Shown here: positions 1 through 10,067 of the stretch, piece after piece
Numbering within the stretch: the first letter of the stretch is position 1
Layout: every line of letters starts with the position of its first letter
Source: Candidatus Micrarchaeota archaeon
GTDB lineage: Archaea; Micrarchaeota; Micrarchaeia; Micrarchaeales; CABMGC01
Assembly (NCBI GenBank): GCA_027449585.1
Contig: DAIDLJ010000003.1
Location: 1 to 38,026, forward strand
Length of the DNA stretch: 38,026 nucleotides
Direction: 5' to 3'
Made by a program: the position numbers and the translations under genes
Notes under the pieces: model-generated
What the model saw: only the letters and a program-made list of their open reading frames with translations
The model's database searches: none
Told to the model about the DNA's origin: nothing

Positions 1-177
1 CTGGCGCTCAGAAACATGAGCATGCAGTTCGTTTATGACGGCTTTGAAATAAATAACAGCAGCAACGATTCGCTTAGCAATGACGCAGTGACACGATTCT
101 CCGCCCAGGCGTTCTCATTTGTAGGCATGAACTACAGCAAGGTGATAGATAGCAAGGCCAATATTGGAGGCACTTGA
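1..177 (+). CDS. 3' end of a hypothetical protein (partial, runs off window start)
   Basis: Frame 1 is open from base 1 to TGA at 175-177 (LALRNMSMQF...KANIGGT*). It is Asn/Ser-rich with N-x-S/T sequons, so possibly a surface protein. Confidence 0.55.
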   Translation: MALRNMSMQFVYDGFEINNSSNDSLSNDAVTRFSAQAFSFVGMNYSKVIDSKANIGGT

Positions 178-445
178 CATAATAGGATACAGAAAAGAAG
201 TATAAAACTGGGTAGAGTGCGCATAAAATTGCTTTGATTTAATGACACCAGTAGGGTTAAGGATGACCTGTAAGCTCCGCTATTATTTGCCATAAAACTG
301 CTCCCCAATTGTTGTTTCTAACGAACTGCGTGATTGTTTTATGCAATATATAGATATTTCTATGATTAGATAGGTTATTAATTCTAATCCAGAGGAGATG
401 ACGAGTGTTTTCCATAATTATGGTATGACTATATTGAACCTTTGC

Positions 446-1240
446 TCATATCCTAAAGAATTTCCTTATCGCATCCAGAATGTTGGAGATAACACTGTTC
501 TTTGGCTCCACGGTTCTTGACATACTTGCACCCTTCTTAGCGGCGTAGAACCTTACCAGAATATTCATGGCTACTGAGAACGTAGACCTCGGAGCCATGA
601 TCATGATAGGTATATGCGATGACTCACTGAATTCGACCTTTGGATCCTCTGGTATTGATACTATCGACCTACCATCGTATCCTGATTCTATCTCTGTTGC
701 CGAGAGCTCGTATTTGTTGCCTCTAACTCTATTTATTATTAAGTTGTGCTGTAGATGGTGCTTATCATATATTTTTGAGAGGCGTATTGAGCTAGCTACC
801 GATGCCATTGCAGGAGTTGACACTATTAGTGCTTCGTTGTAGAGCTCTGGCACGGCAGATGGAGCGTATCCTGGAGGCGTATCTACTATTACAAAATCGT
901 AATCGCCCTCCTTGGTTATCTTTTTTATGAGGTTTTTCATCTCTTTGTCAGATGGATAATCCCTTGGGGTCTGTGTACCGGGAAGTATATCTATTCCACT
1001 GACATCATGCCGTACTATAACGCGCTTTAACGTAGCCTTATTATCCATGACTTCCGAAATGCCTATGTTGACCTCTTCTATTCCAAGAAAGAAGGATACT
1101 GCAGGAGAGATTACATCCGAGTCTACAAGTAGAACCTTGTAATTCAATAGGCCCAGCGCTGTCGCAAGATTCACGGCTATGGTTGTCTTTCCTACGCCGC
1201 CTTTTTGCGACGACACTCTTAAGAAAAATGGTTTGTTCAT
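446..1240 (-). CDS. MinD/ParA-family P-loop ATPase
   Basis: Deviant Walker A SQKGGVGKTT, VLLVDSD, and Walker B FVIVDTPPG. The amphipathic C-terminal helix (ILDAIRKFFRI) resembles the MinD membrane-targeting sequence. Confidence 0.88.
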   Translation of the reverse strand: MNKPFFLRVSSQKGGVGKTTIAVNLATALGLLNYKVLLVDSDVISPAVSFFLGIEEVNIGISEVMDNKATLKRVIVRHDVSGIDILPGTQTPRDYPSDKEMKNLIKKITKEGDYDFVIVDTPPGYAPSAVPELYNEALIVSTPAMASVASSIRLSKIYDKHHLQHNLIINRVRGNKYELSATEIESGYDGRSIVSIPEDPKVEFSESSHIPIMIMAPRSTFSVAMNILVRFYAAKKGASMSRTVEPKNSVISNILDAIRKFFRI

Positions 1241-1439
1241 AACGATTTCAACAGAGATTAATTATAGCACATTTAATACATGGCACATATGCACGTTAAT
1301 TTATATAAAGATTAAGGTAATTGTGCTGTGTTTACTAATTCCTCTCGATGTGCCAAAAACACTAAAAATCAGTCAGACGACAATAATTTTTATCAAGAAT
1401 CAGATGGCACAGTAATAATTAGTCAACATAGCAGGTAAT

Positions 1440-1525
1440 TGCGGGAGGTGAGATTTGAACTCACGTATCCACAAAGGAAACAGGCCCTGAACCTGTCGCA
1501 TTTGACCAAGCTCTGCCACCCCCGC
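1440..1525 (-). tRNA. tRNA-Leu(CAG)
   Basis: Reverse complement folds as a cloverleaf: acceptor GCGGGGG/CTCCCGC, anticodon arm ACAGG-TTCAGGG-CCTGT, long variable arm, T-loop TTCAAAT, discriminator A. No encoded CCA. Confidence 0.95.
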
Positions 1526-1589
1526 ACGGCAGATTCTATTTGTTCAGAAATAATATTAAAGCTCACGCACGATTAAGAATTGTGGTTTT

Positions 1590-2759
1590 TTGCTAATAGG
1601 AATAGTCGGAGCGCCAAACAAGGGCAAGAGCACCATCTTCTCTGCAATGACATCCCAGGACGTTGAGATAGCCGACTACGCCTTCACGACGATAAAGCCC
1701 AATCTTGGCGTGACTCACGCTTCGCACCCGTGCGCTGAAGCTGAACTAGGTGTGAAGTGCACGCCGAGGAACTCTGCATGCTCCGGCGGGATAAGGATGA
1801 TACCTGCAAACGTTATAGACGTAGCGGGGTTGGTGCCTGGAGCCCATCTTGGCAAGGGTAGGGGAAACCAGTTCCTAAACGACCTTGTGAGCGCAGATGT
1901 GCTTGTGCAGGTGGTGGACCTTAGCGGAAGGACCGACGAGAACGGAGCGCCATGCGAAGGCTGCGACCCTGCACTTGAGGTAAAGATGATACGCGATGAG
2001 ATGGCCGAGTGGCTCGCCGAGATAGTAATGAGGCACAAGAACACGCTCCTGCGCAGGCCTGATGGAGATGCGGCCATAGTCGAACTGCTCTCTGGTTTCA
2101 AGACGGATGTTGAACAGATAAGGAAGGCTGCAGAAAAGAGCGCAGTAATACTCTCAAATACCAACTGGGATAGGGAGATGGCAAGGAGGTTTGCACTGGT
2201 ACTTCTCTCTCTAAATAAGCCAATAATTGTTGCTGCAAACAAAGCTGACCAGGCAGCTGAAGGTGCGTACGAAGCGCTAAGGAAAAGGCTTGGGGATTCC
2301 GTCGTGATAAAATGCTCAGCTGCAATAGAGCTTGCGCTTGTGAAGGCCGCAAAGGCAGGGATCATAGACTACTCGCCCGGAGCAAAGGGCTTTAGCATAA
2401 TCAAGGAGACCAGCACCGAGCAGAAGAGGGCGCTGGAATATATGAATGGCTACTTAAAAGCAAACGGAGGAACAGGGGTGCAGGAGGTTGTCAACACTGC
2501 TGTCTTCGGGGCTCTTGACAACATAGTAGTCTATCCTGTGGAGGATGAGACGCACTACTCGGACCATTCCGGAAACGTGCTTCCCGATGCCATACTCATG
2601 AAGAGAGGATCTACGGCACAGGACCTTGCATTCAAGGTGCATAGCGACATAGGGAAGGGGATGAAGTACGCAGTGGACGCAAGGCGCAAGATCAGGGTTC
2701 AAAAGGAGTATGAGCTGCATGACGGCGACGTCATAAGGATAATTAGCACCGCTAAGTGA
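1590..2759 (+). CDS. ychF: YchF/Obg-family translation-associated NTPase with TGS domain
   Basis: GAPNKGKST, YAFTTIKPN, DVAGLVPGAH..GRGNQFL, NKAD, and C-terminal TGS (VHSDIG...LHDGDVIRI). TTG start. Confidence 0.93.
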   Translation: MLIGIVGAPNKGKSTIFSAMTSQDVEIADYAFTTIKPNLGVTHASHPCAEAELGVKCTPRNSACSGGIRMIPANVIDVAGLVPGAHLGKGRGNQFLNDLVSADVLVQVVDLSGRTDENGAPCEGCDPALEVKMIRDEMAEWLAEIVMRHKNTLLRRPDGDAAIVELLSGFKTDVEQIRKAAEKSAVILSNTNWDREMARRFALVLLSLNKPIIVAANKADQAAEGAYEALRKRLGDSVVIKCSAAIELALVKAAKAGIIDYSPGAKGFSIIKETSTEQKRALEYMNGYLKANGGTGVQEVVNTAVFGALDNIVVYPVEDETHYSDHSGNVLPDAILMKRGSTAQDLAFKVHSDIGKGMKYAVDARRKIRVQKEYELHDGDVIRIISTAK

Positions 2760-2767
2760 TTACTAAT

Positions 2768-3280
2768 TTATCCGACCTTCTTGAGGAAGGAGAGCAGTGC
2801 AAAGGATTCCAGCGTTGCGATAAATACCATTATCGGGACTACGATGTCCTGGGTGACAAGCGCCTCCTTTGAGACGTACTGCATCGTGAGATAGCTTACT
2901 ACCATGTAGATCACTATTATCGCTATCAGGTATACCAGCGAGGCATATATGCCGTTTAGAAGCCCTGCCTTGGTGGCGCTCTTTGCCGATGTCGCCTTCC
3001 TGCCGACATCTGACCCGATCATTGCACCGATTATCAGAGGCAAAACGACCATGCCTGGGAACTGGAGTATGAACCGTATGTAATTGTCCGAGAGAGTATA
3101 GGTAAAGGTGCCCTGCGCGATGAATGGAGTATCCGCAAGTATTATGTTAAGCACCACGGCTACCGAGAGCAGAAATATCCATACGAACATCGGCTCGTAT
3201 ATCCTTACGTCTCCCTGCATTCCGGATTTTCTTGGATGCTCTTCTTCATCCTCGGAGTCAGAGGAGACATTCTTTGCCAT
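2768..3280 (-). CDS. Hypothetical membrane protein (about 4 TM helices)
   Basis: 170-aa ORF with an acidic N-terminus and four hydrophobic segments. Confidence 0.75.
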   Translation of the reverse strand: MAKNVSSDSEDEEEHPRKSGMQGDVRIYEPMFVWIFLLSVAVVLNIILADTPFIAQGTFTYTLSDNYIRFILQFPGMVVLPLIIGAMIGSDVGRKATSAKSATKAGLLNGIYASLVYLIAIIVIYMVVSYLTMQYVSKEALVTQDIVVPIMVFIATLESFALLSFLKKVG

Positions 3281-3374
3281 GAATCTGATTTATATCCAAA
3301 GATTAAAAGGTTTTGTGCATGCAGCGCAATGGAAACATTTTAAATGTTTTGACACAGATAATGATTTGGTTGAA

Positions 3375-3530
3375 ATGGCATCATTGAACACTCCGCAGTC
3401 GCAGGCAGGCGTACTTAGCTTCTACGATGCGCCTGAAAGAGGACCGCAGCTCAATGTCAAGATCTTCCTCGCAGTAGTTGTCATATTCATAGTGCTTGTG
3501 CTGGTCCTTGACCATGCAGCAATAGCCTGA
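3375..3530 (+). CDS. secG: Preprotein translocase subunit Sec61beta
   Basis: 51 aa, MASLNTPQSQAGVLSFYD...GPQLNVK plus a single C-terminal TM helix, matching the archaeal Sec61beta pattern. ATG at 3375 lies downstream of a TTTTAAA TATA box. Confidence 0.88.
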   Translation: MASLNTPQSQAGVLSFYDAPERGPQLNVKIFLAVVVIFIVLVLVLDHAAIA

Positions 3531-3535
3531 CGCTT

Positions 3536-4438
3536 TTAGGCTATTGAGAAGAGCTCCTTCTTCCTCTCCATCACGTCGCCACTCTCGGAGAGTATGCAGA
3601 GTATCCCACGGGCCCCCTCCTCATCCATGCCCAACTCCTTGGATATGTCAGCAAGCTTGTAGCTCCTCTCCCTTAGCTTCTTTAGTATGCTCTGGGCGTA
3701 CTTGTCGAAATAGGTCCTTGAGAGTATGTAGAACTCGCGGTTCTTGCTAAACGACCTTGTGCCAAGCACCTGCCCGTGCCTTATGCTCTGCTCAAGGAGC
3801 AACGAGACCTTGCTAGCCTCGGCCTCTGTCTGGAGCACAATGAATCCGTTCTTTTGAAGGTCTGCGATGCTGTCATCCTGGCCTGGCTGCGGCGCTGCCT
3901 TTGGAACGACGAAGTTGTATGGCTCCTCCTTCGCAGGAGGCCTCTTTCTCATCAGGAAGCGGTCATATATGCTCTTTGGTATGCTGTAGTGGTCCTTTCC
4001 ATCTTTTCCCTTGAACCTGCCAACCGCACTGTTGGCTACCAGCTTCTGGAAGACCTTCCTTTCGGATTCATTTAGTATTTTAAGTATGCTCTCCTGCGTA
4101 CGGTTCTCGTAGCGGATTGTGTCGAGCTTCCTAAGTACGCTAAGCTCCTCCTGCGAAGGTTGATACTGGCCTTCAACTAATGCTGGAGAGAAACTTGCAG
4201 CCTGCCTGGCAGGAGACCTTGCCTCTTCAGGTTTTGGCTGGCCCTGCAGCATGCTTACTATGTCGGAATTCTTTAGGAAGAGAAACGACTTGTTCTCCGC
4301 CTTGAAGAAGCCCACCTCGTCGCCGTCCTTTATCTTGAGCGAGCTTATCACGTCGAGCGGCAGGTATATGACTAGCTTACCGTTCTTTGATTTGTATACC
4401 TTTACTATAGAAACACCAGCAGGTATTAAACCTTGCAA
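3536..4438 (-). CDS. AbrB/SpoVT-like N-terminal domain protein with putative winged-helix domains
   Basis: GKLVIYLPLDVISSLKIKDGDEV is a typical swapped-hairpin signature. The C-terminus (LADISKELGMDEEGARGILCILSESGDV) is wHTH-like. Start uncertain (TTG 4438 or ATA 4408). Confidence 0.7.
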   Translation of the reverse strand: MQGLIPAGVSIVKVYKSKNGKLVIYLPLDVISSLKIKDGDEVGFFKAENKSFLFLKNSDIVSMLQGQPKPEEARSPARQAASFSPALVEGQYQPSQEELSVLRKLDTIRYENRTQESILKILNESERKVFQKLVANSAVGRFKGKDGKDHYSIPKSIYDRFLMRKRPPAKEEPYNFVVPKAAPQPGQDDSIADLQKNGFIVLQTEAEASKVSLLLEQSIRHGQVLGTRSFSKNREFYILSRTYFDKYAQSILKKLRERSYKLADISKELGMDEEGARGILCILSESGDVMERKKELFSIA

Positions 4439-4483
4439 TAATATATACGGATAGCAATTATAAAAGCATTTGGCGTGCGGGAC

Positions 4484-5356
4484 ATGTCTGGTAAATACGA
4501 GCTTCTTGGCAGGAGAGATCTTGACGCAGCATCAAGGCCGCTGCGCCTTTATGCAGACAAGCGTGAACGAGGTACTGCGCTTATAGTAGGCGGGAGCTCG
4601 AGGTTCCACGGCGCGCCGGTCCTTGCTTCACTTGCTGCGCTGCGCACTGGCGCAGGATACGTAAAGACGTTTGTGCCTGGGGCGGTTGTTGACCCTGTGC
4701 GCAGGCTCTCCCCAAATATAATAGTCGCAGCGCTTGGAACAAGGCAGATACGCTTCAATAGAGAGATAAAAAAGGAGATAGCAAGGTCTAATGCCATTGC
4801 CATTGGTATGGGGATTGGGATTGAGAGTTCTGCTCTATCCTGCTCCAGGAGAATAATAGATAGCAGCATAGGAAACAAAAAGACAGTCGTGGTTGATGCG
4901 GATGCGCTCAGGGCACTGGGTGATATCGGATTCTCTGCGCGCAATGGGTCAATAATAGCAACCCCTCACGATGGAGAGTTTCGCATGATCACAGGCGCAA
5001 GGCCGTCGACCGACTTTTCAGCGCGTATAAAGGACGCTGCATCTCTTGCAGCCAAAAAAGGCATCGTAGTCGTATTAAAGGGCCACAAGACGATAGTTAC
5101 TGACGGGGAGAGGACGAGAGTGTGCAGGCCCAGTAGCGCGGCGCTTGCTACGATGGGCTCCGGGGATGTGCTTTCAGGGATAATATGCGGGTACGCAGCT
5201 CAAGGGGCGACGGCCTTCCAAGCTGCATGCGCAGGAGTCTATCTGCATGCTGCCATAGGCGATAGACTTGCAAAGAAGATGGGCGTGCACGTAATAGCTG
5301 CTGATCTTGTTGATGCAATACCACTAGCTATAAAAGAGTTTGATAAGAGTTATTGA
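4484..5356 (+). CDS. nnrD: ADP/ATP-dependent NAD(P)H-hydrate dehydratase (YjeF C-terminal domain)
   Basis: IVGGS..FHGAP, AALRTGAGYV, VVDADAL, TPHDGEF, LKGHKT, ATMGSGDVLSG. No epimerase domain. Confidence 0.92.
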   Translation: MSGKYELLGRRDLDAASRPLRLYADKRERGTALIVGGSSRFHGAPVLASLAALRTGAGYVKTFVPGAVVDPVRRLSPNIIVAALGTRQIRFNREIKKEIARSNAIAIGMGIGIESSALSCSRRIIDSSIGNKKTVVVDADALRALGDIGFSARNGSIIATPHDGEFRMITGARPSTDFSARIKDAASLAAKKGIVVVLKGHKTIVTDGERTRVCRPSSAALATMGSGDVLSGIICGYAAQGATAFQAACAGVYLHAAIGDRLAKKMGVHVIAADLVDAIPLAIKEFDKSY

Positions 5357-5365
5357 GTGAGTGCA

Positions 5366-6640
5366 ATGGCTCTTGAGATTAAGAAGCAGATATACGACAG
5401 CGTGCACGGCTACATAGGCCTTACGGAGACGGAGCTGAAGGTGATAAATAGCCCACTCTTCCAGAGGCTAAAGAGCATAACCTGCCTGGGCACTGTCAAT
5501 TTCGTCTACCCTGGAGCGACCAACAACAGGCTGGAGCACAGCCTCGGCACAATGTTCATGATGCAGCAGTTTCTCTCGCACGTGCGCGTGAACGGCAGCA
5601 TAGTAGATGACAAGGATACGGTGCAGAGAATGCGGCTCGCTGCTCTGCTCCACGACATCGGCCATTATCCGCTATCTCACACGACGGAGCACGTTATAAT
5701 GAAGAAACTCGGCGGAAGGAGCCATGAGGAGTTCGGCAAGCAGATGATAAAGAGGTTCTTCTCCGAGGAGCTTTCTGGATACGACATGGAGGAGATAACC
5801 AAGACCATAAGCGGCGGAGAGGGAGGAGACATGGGCATGCTGCTCTCGTCTGCCTTCGATGCGGACAAGGCAGACTATCTACTAAGGGATGCCTACCACA
5901 CCGGAGTCGGATATGGGAATGTTGGCATACAGAGGCTGATAAGGATAGCCTCATTTGATAAGGGCAGGATAATATTCGACAAGGACGAGGCCGCAGTAGA
6001 GAGCTTCCTACTAGGCAGATACCACATGTTTAGGTCGGTATATCACCATAAGACCAGCGTAGCCTTCGAGCTTATGATAGAGCGCATATTCGAGCTGCTT
6101 GTGCAGGAGGGAAGAATAAAGCACCCAAACGACCTCTATGAATCCGGAGACGAGATGGACCTGCTCGCATATGACGACCACATGCTATACGCGTCTATGC
6201 ACAACTACCTAAGTGGCGGATCCAACGCATTCCTAAAGGAGCTAATACGCATGTTCCTGCTTAGAAAGCCGATATCGGTTGCTTACATAAATCCTCTCCC
6301 GGAGGACGTAGAGGACACATCCGAAGAGAACAAAATGATAAAGGAGATGACCTACAATGATGCACGGATAAAGGATTTCTCCTCGAGGATGGGGATAGAT
6401 GACGCCGGCTGGATCTTCCCGGTCTATCTCAGGCCGCTGGGCATAATAGACGACAAGTCTCCGATATACATAAGGGACAGGGGATCGGTCAGCAACATAC
6501 TAAAGAGCAACGGATTGGTAATGCAGATGATAGGAAAGAAGAAGCTCTACGATGCAAGGATCTATACGCACCCAAAGTACAAGGTGAGGCTGTCCAAGGC
6601 GATGTCGGCTCTTAAGAGTGATTCTGATGGAGTCTCCTAG
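5366..6640 (+). CDS. HD-domain phosphohydrolase (SAMHD1/dNTPase-like family)
   Basis: IYDSVHGYI, FQRL, VYPGATNNRLEHSLG, ALLHDIGHYPLSH, DADKADYLLRD, VYHHK. Confidence 0.9.
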   Translation: MALEIKKQIYDSVHGYIGLTETELKVINSPLFQRLKSITCLGTVNFVYPGATNNRLEHSLGTMFMMQQFLSHVRVNGSIVDDKDTVQRMRLAALLHDIGHYPLSHTTEHVIMKKLGGRSHEEFGKQMIKRFFSEELSGYDMEEITKTISGGEGGDMGMLLSSAFDADKADYLLRDAYHTGVGYGNVGIQRLIRIASFDKGRIIFDKDEAAVESFLLGRYHMFRSVYHHKTSVAFELMIERIFELLVQEGRIKHPNDLYESGDEMDLLAYDDHMLYASMHNYLSGGSNAFLKELIRMFLLRKPISVAYINPLPEDVEDTSEENKMIKEMTYNDARIKDFSSRMGIDDAGWIFPVYLRPLGIIDDKSPIYIRDRGSVSNILKSNGLVMQMIGKKKLYDARIYTHPKYKVRLSKAMSALKSDSDGVS

Positions 6641-8531
6641 CGAGAGCGTAAGGCTCTGGTTCGCCTCTGCTATAGCTGCAGTGGTAGAGAAGAAGTATCC
6701 AGGATCAGGCATAGACAATGCGCAGGTGCTTAATTCAATCTCCGTTCCAAAGAAGGAGTTCGGTGACCTAAGCAGCTCAATTGCAATAAGGCTCTCGAAG
6801 ATTGCAAAGAAGAGCCCGAGAGAGATCGCATCGGAGATATCCACTGCGCTTGAGAGGACTGACCTTGTCAAGGAAGTCTTGGAAGCTGGAGGATATGTAA
6901 ACCTGATGCTCGATGAACAGAAATATTCAAAGATAGTATTTGATGCAGTAAATACGGCGGGCAAAAAGTACGGTGCGAACCATGACGGGAATGGCCGCAC
7001 TGTGCTCATAGAGTTTCCCGCAGTCAATCCTAACAAGCCCTGGCACATAGGCCATCTAAGGAACGCGCTTTTGGGGGACTCGATATCGCGCATACTGGAC
7101 TTTTGCTCCTATAACGTAGAGAGGGAAGACTACATAGATGACCTCGGGCTTCAGATAGCCGAGATAGTCTGGGGAAGCAGGAATCTGCCGCAGGAGCCTG
7201 TCAACAAGAAATTCGACCAGTGGCTAGGGGAGCAGTACGTCAAGGTAAATAGGATGATGGAGGAGAGGAATGCCAAGGCAGAGATATCAGAGGTACTTAA
7301 GAGGATGGAGGAGCCTGGAACGTTGGAGGCGGTGGCAGCGCGCGACATGTCGATGAAGTGCGTGAGAGCGCAGTATGAGACTGCTGCGGCTTATGGGATA
7401 TATCACGATGTAATGGTCTGGGAGAGCGACATCGTGCATGCCAAGCTCCTGGATAAGGCGCTTAAGATAGGTATTGACTCTGGCGCGCTGGAAAGACCGG
7501 CGCAAGGCAAGAACGCCGGATGCCTTGTCATGAACCTTGACAAGGCGCGTGAGTTCGGCAAGGCCTTCGAGAATCCTAACGAGCATGAAAAGGTGATAGT
7601 TAGAAGCGACGGCACTGCGACGTACGTTGCAAAGGACATGGCTTTCCACATGTGGAAGCTGGGCATACTCGATGCAGACTTCAGGTATGCAAACCTCGGA
7701 ATGCAGGCAAACGGCGTGGCGCTTTATTCGACTGCAAGTAAAGGAGAGGAGATGGACTTTGGCAGGGCTGACATTGTCGTAAACATCATAGGATCCGCGC
7801 AAAAGTATCCGCAGCTTATACTCAAAGCCATGCTGAGCCTGGCAGGATATCCCAAGAAGGCTGCAAGCATAGTCCACGTGGCGTATGGAGAGGTGAGCGT
7901 GGATTCGGGATCGCTTAGCGGAAGAAGCGGTGGCTGGATGGGAGAAGAGAAGGCATACACCGCAGACGTACTGCTTGAAGAGGCGCAGAAGAAGGCGCTT
8001 GAAGCCACGGAGAAGAGCAAGAAGATAGATGATAGCAGCAAGATAAGCAGCATATCCCAGGAGATAGGCAAGGCGGCGATAAAGTTCGAGTACCTAAGGG
8101 TCTCGCCTGAAAAACCGGTTGTCTTCTCATGGAGCAGCGCGCTGAACTTCGAGGGAAACAGCGGCCCCTACTGCATGTACTCCTACGCCAGAGCTGGCAG
8201 AATACTAAAGAAGGGAGGGTATTCTGGAATGGCTAAGCGGCAGGATTCCGATCTGATTTACAAGTCTGCGACAAGAGGCCAGGATTTCGAACTCGTCAAG
8301 CTCATAGGCGGCGCGGGCGAGGTGGTGAAGAAGGCGGCGGCAGGGTATACCACAAGCGTAATTGCGGATTATGTTATAGACCTTACATCTACGTTTAGCA
8401 GATTCTATGAGAGCATGCACGTGCTTGGAGACGAGTCCAAGGAGTACCGCATGGAGCTTGTGCACATTTACATGACGACGCTCTCAAACATGCTTGCACT
8501 GCTAGGCATAGGTACGGTTGATGAGATGTAG
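6627..8531 (+). CDS. argS: Arginine--tRNA ligase
   Basis: FGDLSS, NPNKPWHIGHLRN (HIGH motif), RSDGTATY..KDMA, and DALR-type anticodon domain (FEGNSGPYCMYSYARA). Confidence 0.97.
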   Translation: MESPSESVRLWFASAIAAVVEKKYPGSGIDNAQVLNSISVPKKEFGDLSSSIAIRLSKIAKKSPREIASEISTALERTDLVKEVLEAGGYVNLMLDEQKYSKIVFDAVNTAGKKYGANHDGNGRTVLIEFPAVNPNKPWHIGHLRNALLGDSISRILDFCSYNVEREDYIDDLGLQIAEIVWGSRNLPQEPVNKKFDQWLGEQYVKVNRMMEERNAKAEISEVLKRMEEPGTLEAVAARDMSMKCVRAQYETAAAYGIYHDVMVWESDIVHAKLLDKALKIGIDSGALERPAQGKNAGCLVMNLDKAREFGKAFENPNEHEKVIVRSDGTATYVAKDMAFHMWKLGILDADFRYANLGMQANGVALYSTASKGEEMDFGRADIVVNIIGSAQKYPQLILKAMLSLAGYPKKAASIVHVAYGEVSVDSGSLSGRSGGWMGEEKAYTADVLLEEAQKKALEATEKSKKIDDSSKISSISQEIGKAAIKFEYLRVSPEKPVVFSWSSALNFEGNSGPYCMYSYARAGRILKKGGYSGMAKRQDSDLIYKSATRGQDFELVKLIGGAGEVVKKAAAGYTTSVIADYVIDLTSTFSRFYESMHVLGDESKEYRMELVHIYMTTLSNMLALLGIGTVDEM

Positions 8532-8589
8532 AGCAAGGAGTAGCAGAAAAACATTAAGAAGGTATTATCAGGTTTAATTCTACAGACCG

Positions 8590-9267
8590 ATGCTTATGAT
8601 AGTAAAAACCCAGATGCTGCGCTCCATGGCTGATCACGAAGACATCATGGCACATAGGCTTATGGCAAGCGGTGATGTACAAGGCGCAAAGCTGTTCTGG
8701 TCCTCTGCCTCAGCAAAATACGAATATCTTGCCAGGGAGTTTAGGGGAGATTCCAGGATGAACCTGCTCAATCTTTCACGTGAAATTGCCAGGCGCGCGC
8801 AGGACAGTCGGGCAGTGTATAGGATATCGTCCAAGATACTTGCGGTGATGGTATCGCCTGATGGCGAATTGCCAGTCATGGAACTTAGGCCGGAAACCAT
8901 AAGCGCAGAACCAGTAAGGGACTGCCCAAAGACGCATGAATTGATAGAGAAGGATTCTGGCAGTGCAAAGTATGTTTACAGGGTGGAGATACCATTTGAA
9001 AATTCGGCAAGGAATCAGTTCGCCGAGTTCAGGCGAAGGTTCCCTCCAGGATTACTAACAGATATGCTCGCTGGCTCTGTTAGGCAGACAATCTGGGTGC
9101 GCGACAGCGCAGAGAGCGGCCTGCTTAACGTTGGTTTTCAATACAAGCATACAGGGTATCTGAAGATCTTCTCAACCCATCCCAAAGAGAAGCATGAGTA
9201 CATGAAGGGCATCATAAACACCTATGGCGCAAGCCTCGACAGGATATTCCAGAATCTAAAGAGATGA
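8590..9267 (+). CDS. Hypothetical protein, tandem paralogue 1 of 3
   Basis: Aligns by eye with the next two ORFs (K..M...A..E...A.R....G....AK......KY.Y.A; YVYRVE; GYL.I.S.H...Y...IN.YG). Confidence 0.8.
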   Translation: MLMIVKTQMLRSMADHEDIMAHRLMASGDVQGAKLFWSSASAKYEYLAREFRGDSRMNLLNLSREIARRAQDSRAVYRISSKILAVMVSPDGELPVMELRPETISAEPVRDCPKTHELIEKDSGSAKYVYRVEIPFENSARNQFAEFRRRFPPGLLTDMLAGSVRQTIWVRDSAESGLLNVGFQYKHTGYLKIFSTHPKEKHEYMKGIINTYGASLDRIFQNLKR

Positions 9268-9330
9268 CCGCGGATAATAGCAGAAAAGTTTTAAAAACAG
9301 TTTTTACCCTTATCAAGCAATTGCGGTTGC

Positions 9331-10032
9331 ATGGATAAGCTCACAAAAAATAGAATGACATATCTTCTGGCGCACTATGAGGGGGTTGTTGCTGGGAGGA
9401 TACTTGATGCAGGCAACGCACGTGGTGCAAGGCCGCTCTTTGGTAGCGCGATAAACAAGTACGAGCACATAGCCTCCATGAACGACGAGGAGGAGAGGAT
9501 GTCGATGCTAAATGAGGCGCTAAAACTCGCAAGGCGCTCTGGAGACAACGCAAATACATATAGACTGCTAAATACCATATCAAGGCTCATCATAAATCCA
9601 GATTCGGGCATGGCTTATGTGGAGATAAAGCCGGGCAAGATCGACATGCAGCCTATTCGCAATGCCATAATGAAGACATATGCAAATGCGATTTGCGGCA
9701 GCGAAAGCTATGTGTACCGGGTGGAGTTGAACAGGGATGGCTTCAACAGGCTAGCAGTGCTCTTCGATGACAGCGAGCTTGGCACTCTTATCGCCGATGC
9801 CAAAGGCAAGTACTTGGGAGATGGGGGAGTACAGGTAAATGATGGGCAAGTAATGGGCGTCGCAATCAAGTTTGAATACAACTACAGCGGATATCTAGCC
9901 ATATCCTCCAAACATTCTGCCCAACATCGCAGGTATGTTGAGAATGTCATCAACGTTTATGGCACAGCGCTGGACGGAATAGTTTCTGGATTAAATACAC
10001 TGCAGTGGGCTGAAAAATCCAGTAAACCTTAA
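9331..10032 (+). CDS. Hypothetical protein, tandem paralogue 2 of 3
   Basis: Same conserved blocks as 8590-9267 and 10068-10724, with its own BRE/TATA-like upstream sequence. Confidence 0.8.
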   Translation: MDKLTKNRMTYLLAHYEGVVAGRILDAGNARGARPLFGSAINKYEHIASMNDEEERMSMLNEALKLARRSGDNANTYRLLNTISRLIINPDSGMAYVEIKPGKIDMQPIRNAIMKTYANAICGSESYVYRVELNRDGFNRLAVLFDDSELGTLIADAKGKYLGDGGVQVNDGQVMGVAIKFEYNYSGYLAISSKHSAQHRRYVENVINVYGTALDGIVSGLNTLQWAEKSSKP

Positions 10033-10067
10033 ATATGATGACAATGATTTAACCAGGTGGATGTGTA

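Noticed and set aside
257-346. 29-codon minus-strand ORF (TTG start; HKTITQFVRNNNWGAVLWQIIAELTGHP)
   Set aside because: It is too short, with no recognisable motif or other support.
446-1240. Plasmid or chromosome partition (ParAB) module
   Set aside because: No ParB/SegB partner or centromere-like repeats are present; the features fit a MinD-like protein.
3108-3374. Long 140-aa version of the Sec61beta ORF
   Set aside because: The upstream part overlaps the opposite-strand gene and promoter; only the last 51 aa resemble Sec61beta.
5366-6640. HD protein as an antiviral dNTP-depletion defence system
   Set aside because: It is embedded in a housekeeping operon (nnrD-HD-argS) with no defence context, and the family is widespread in archaea.
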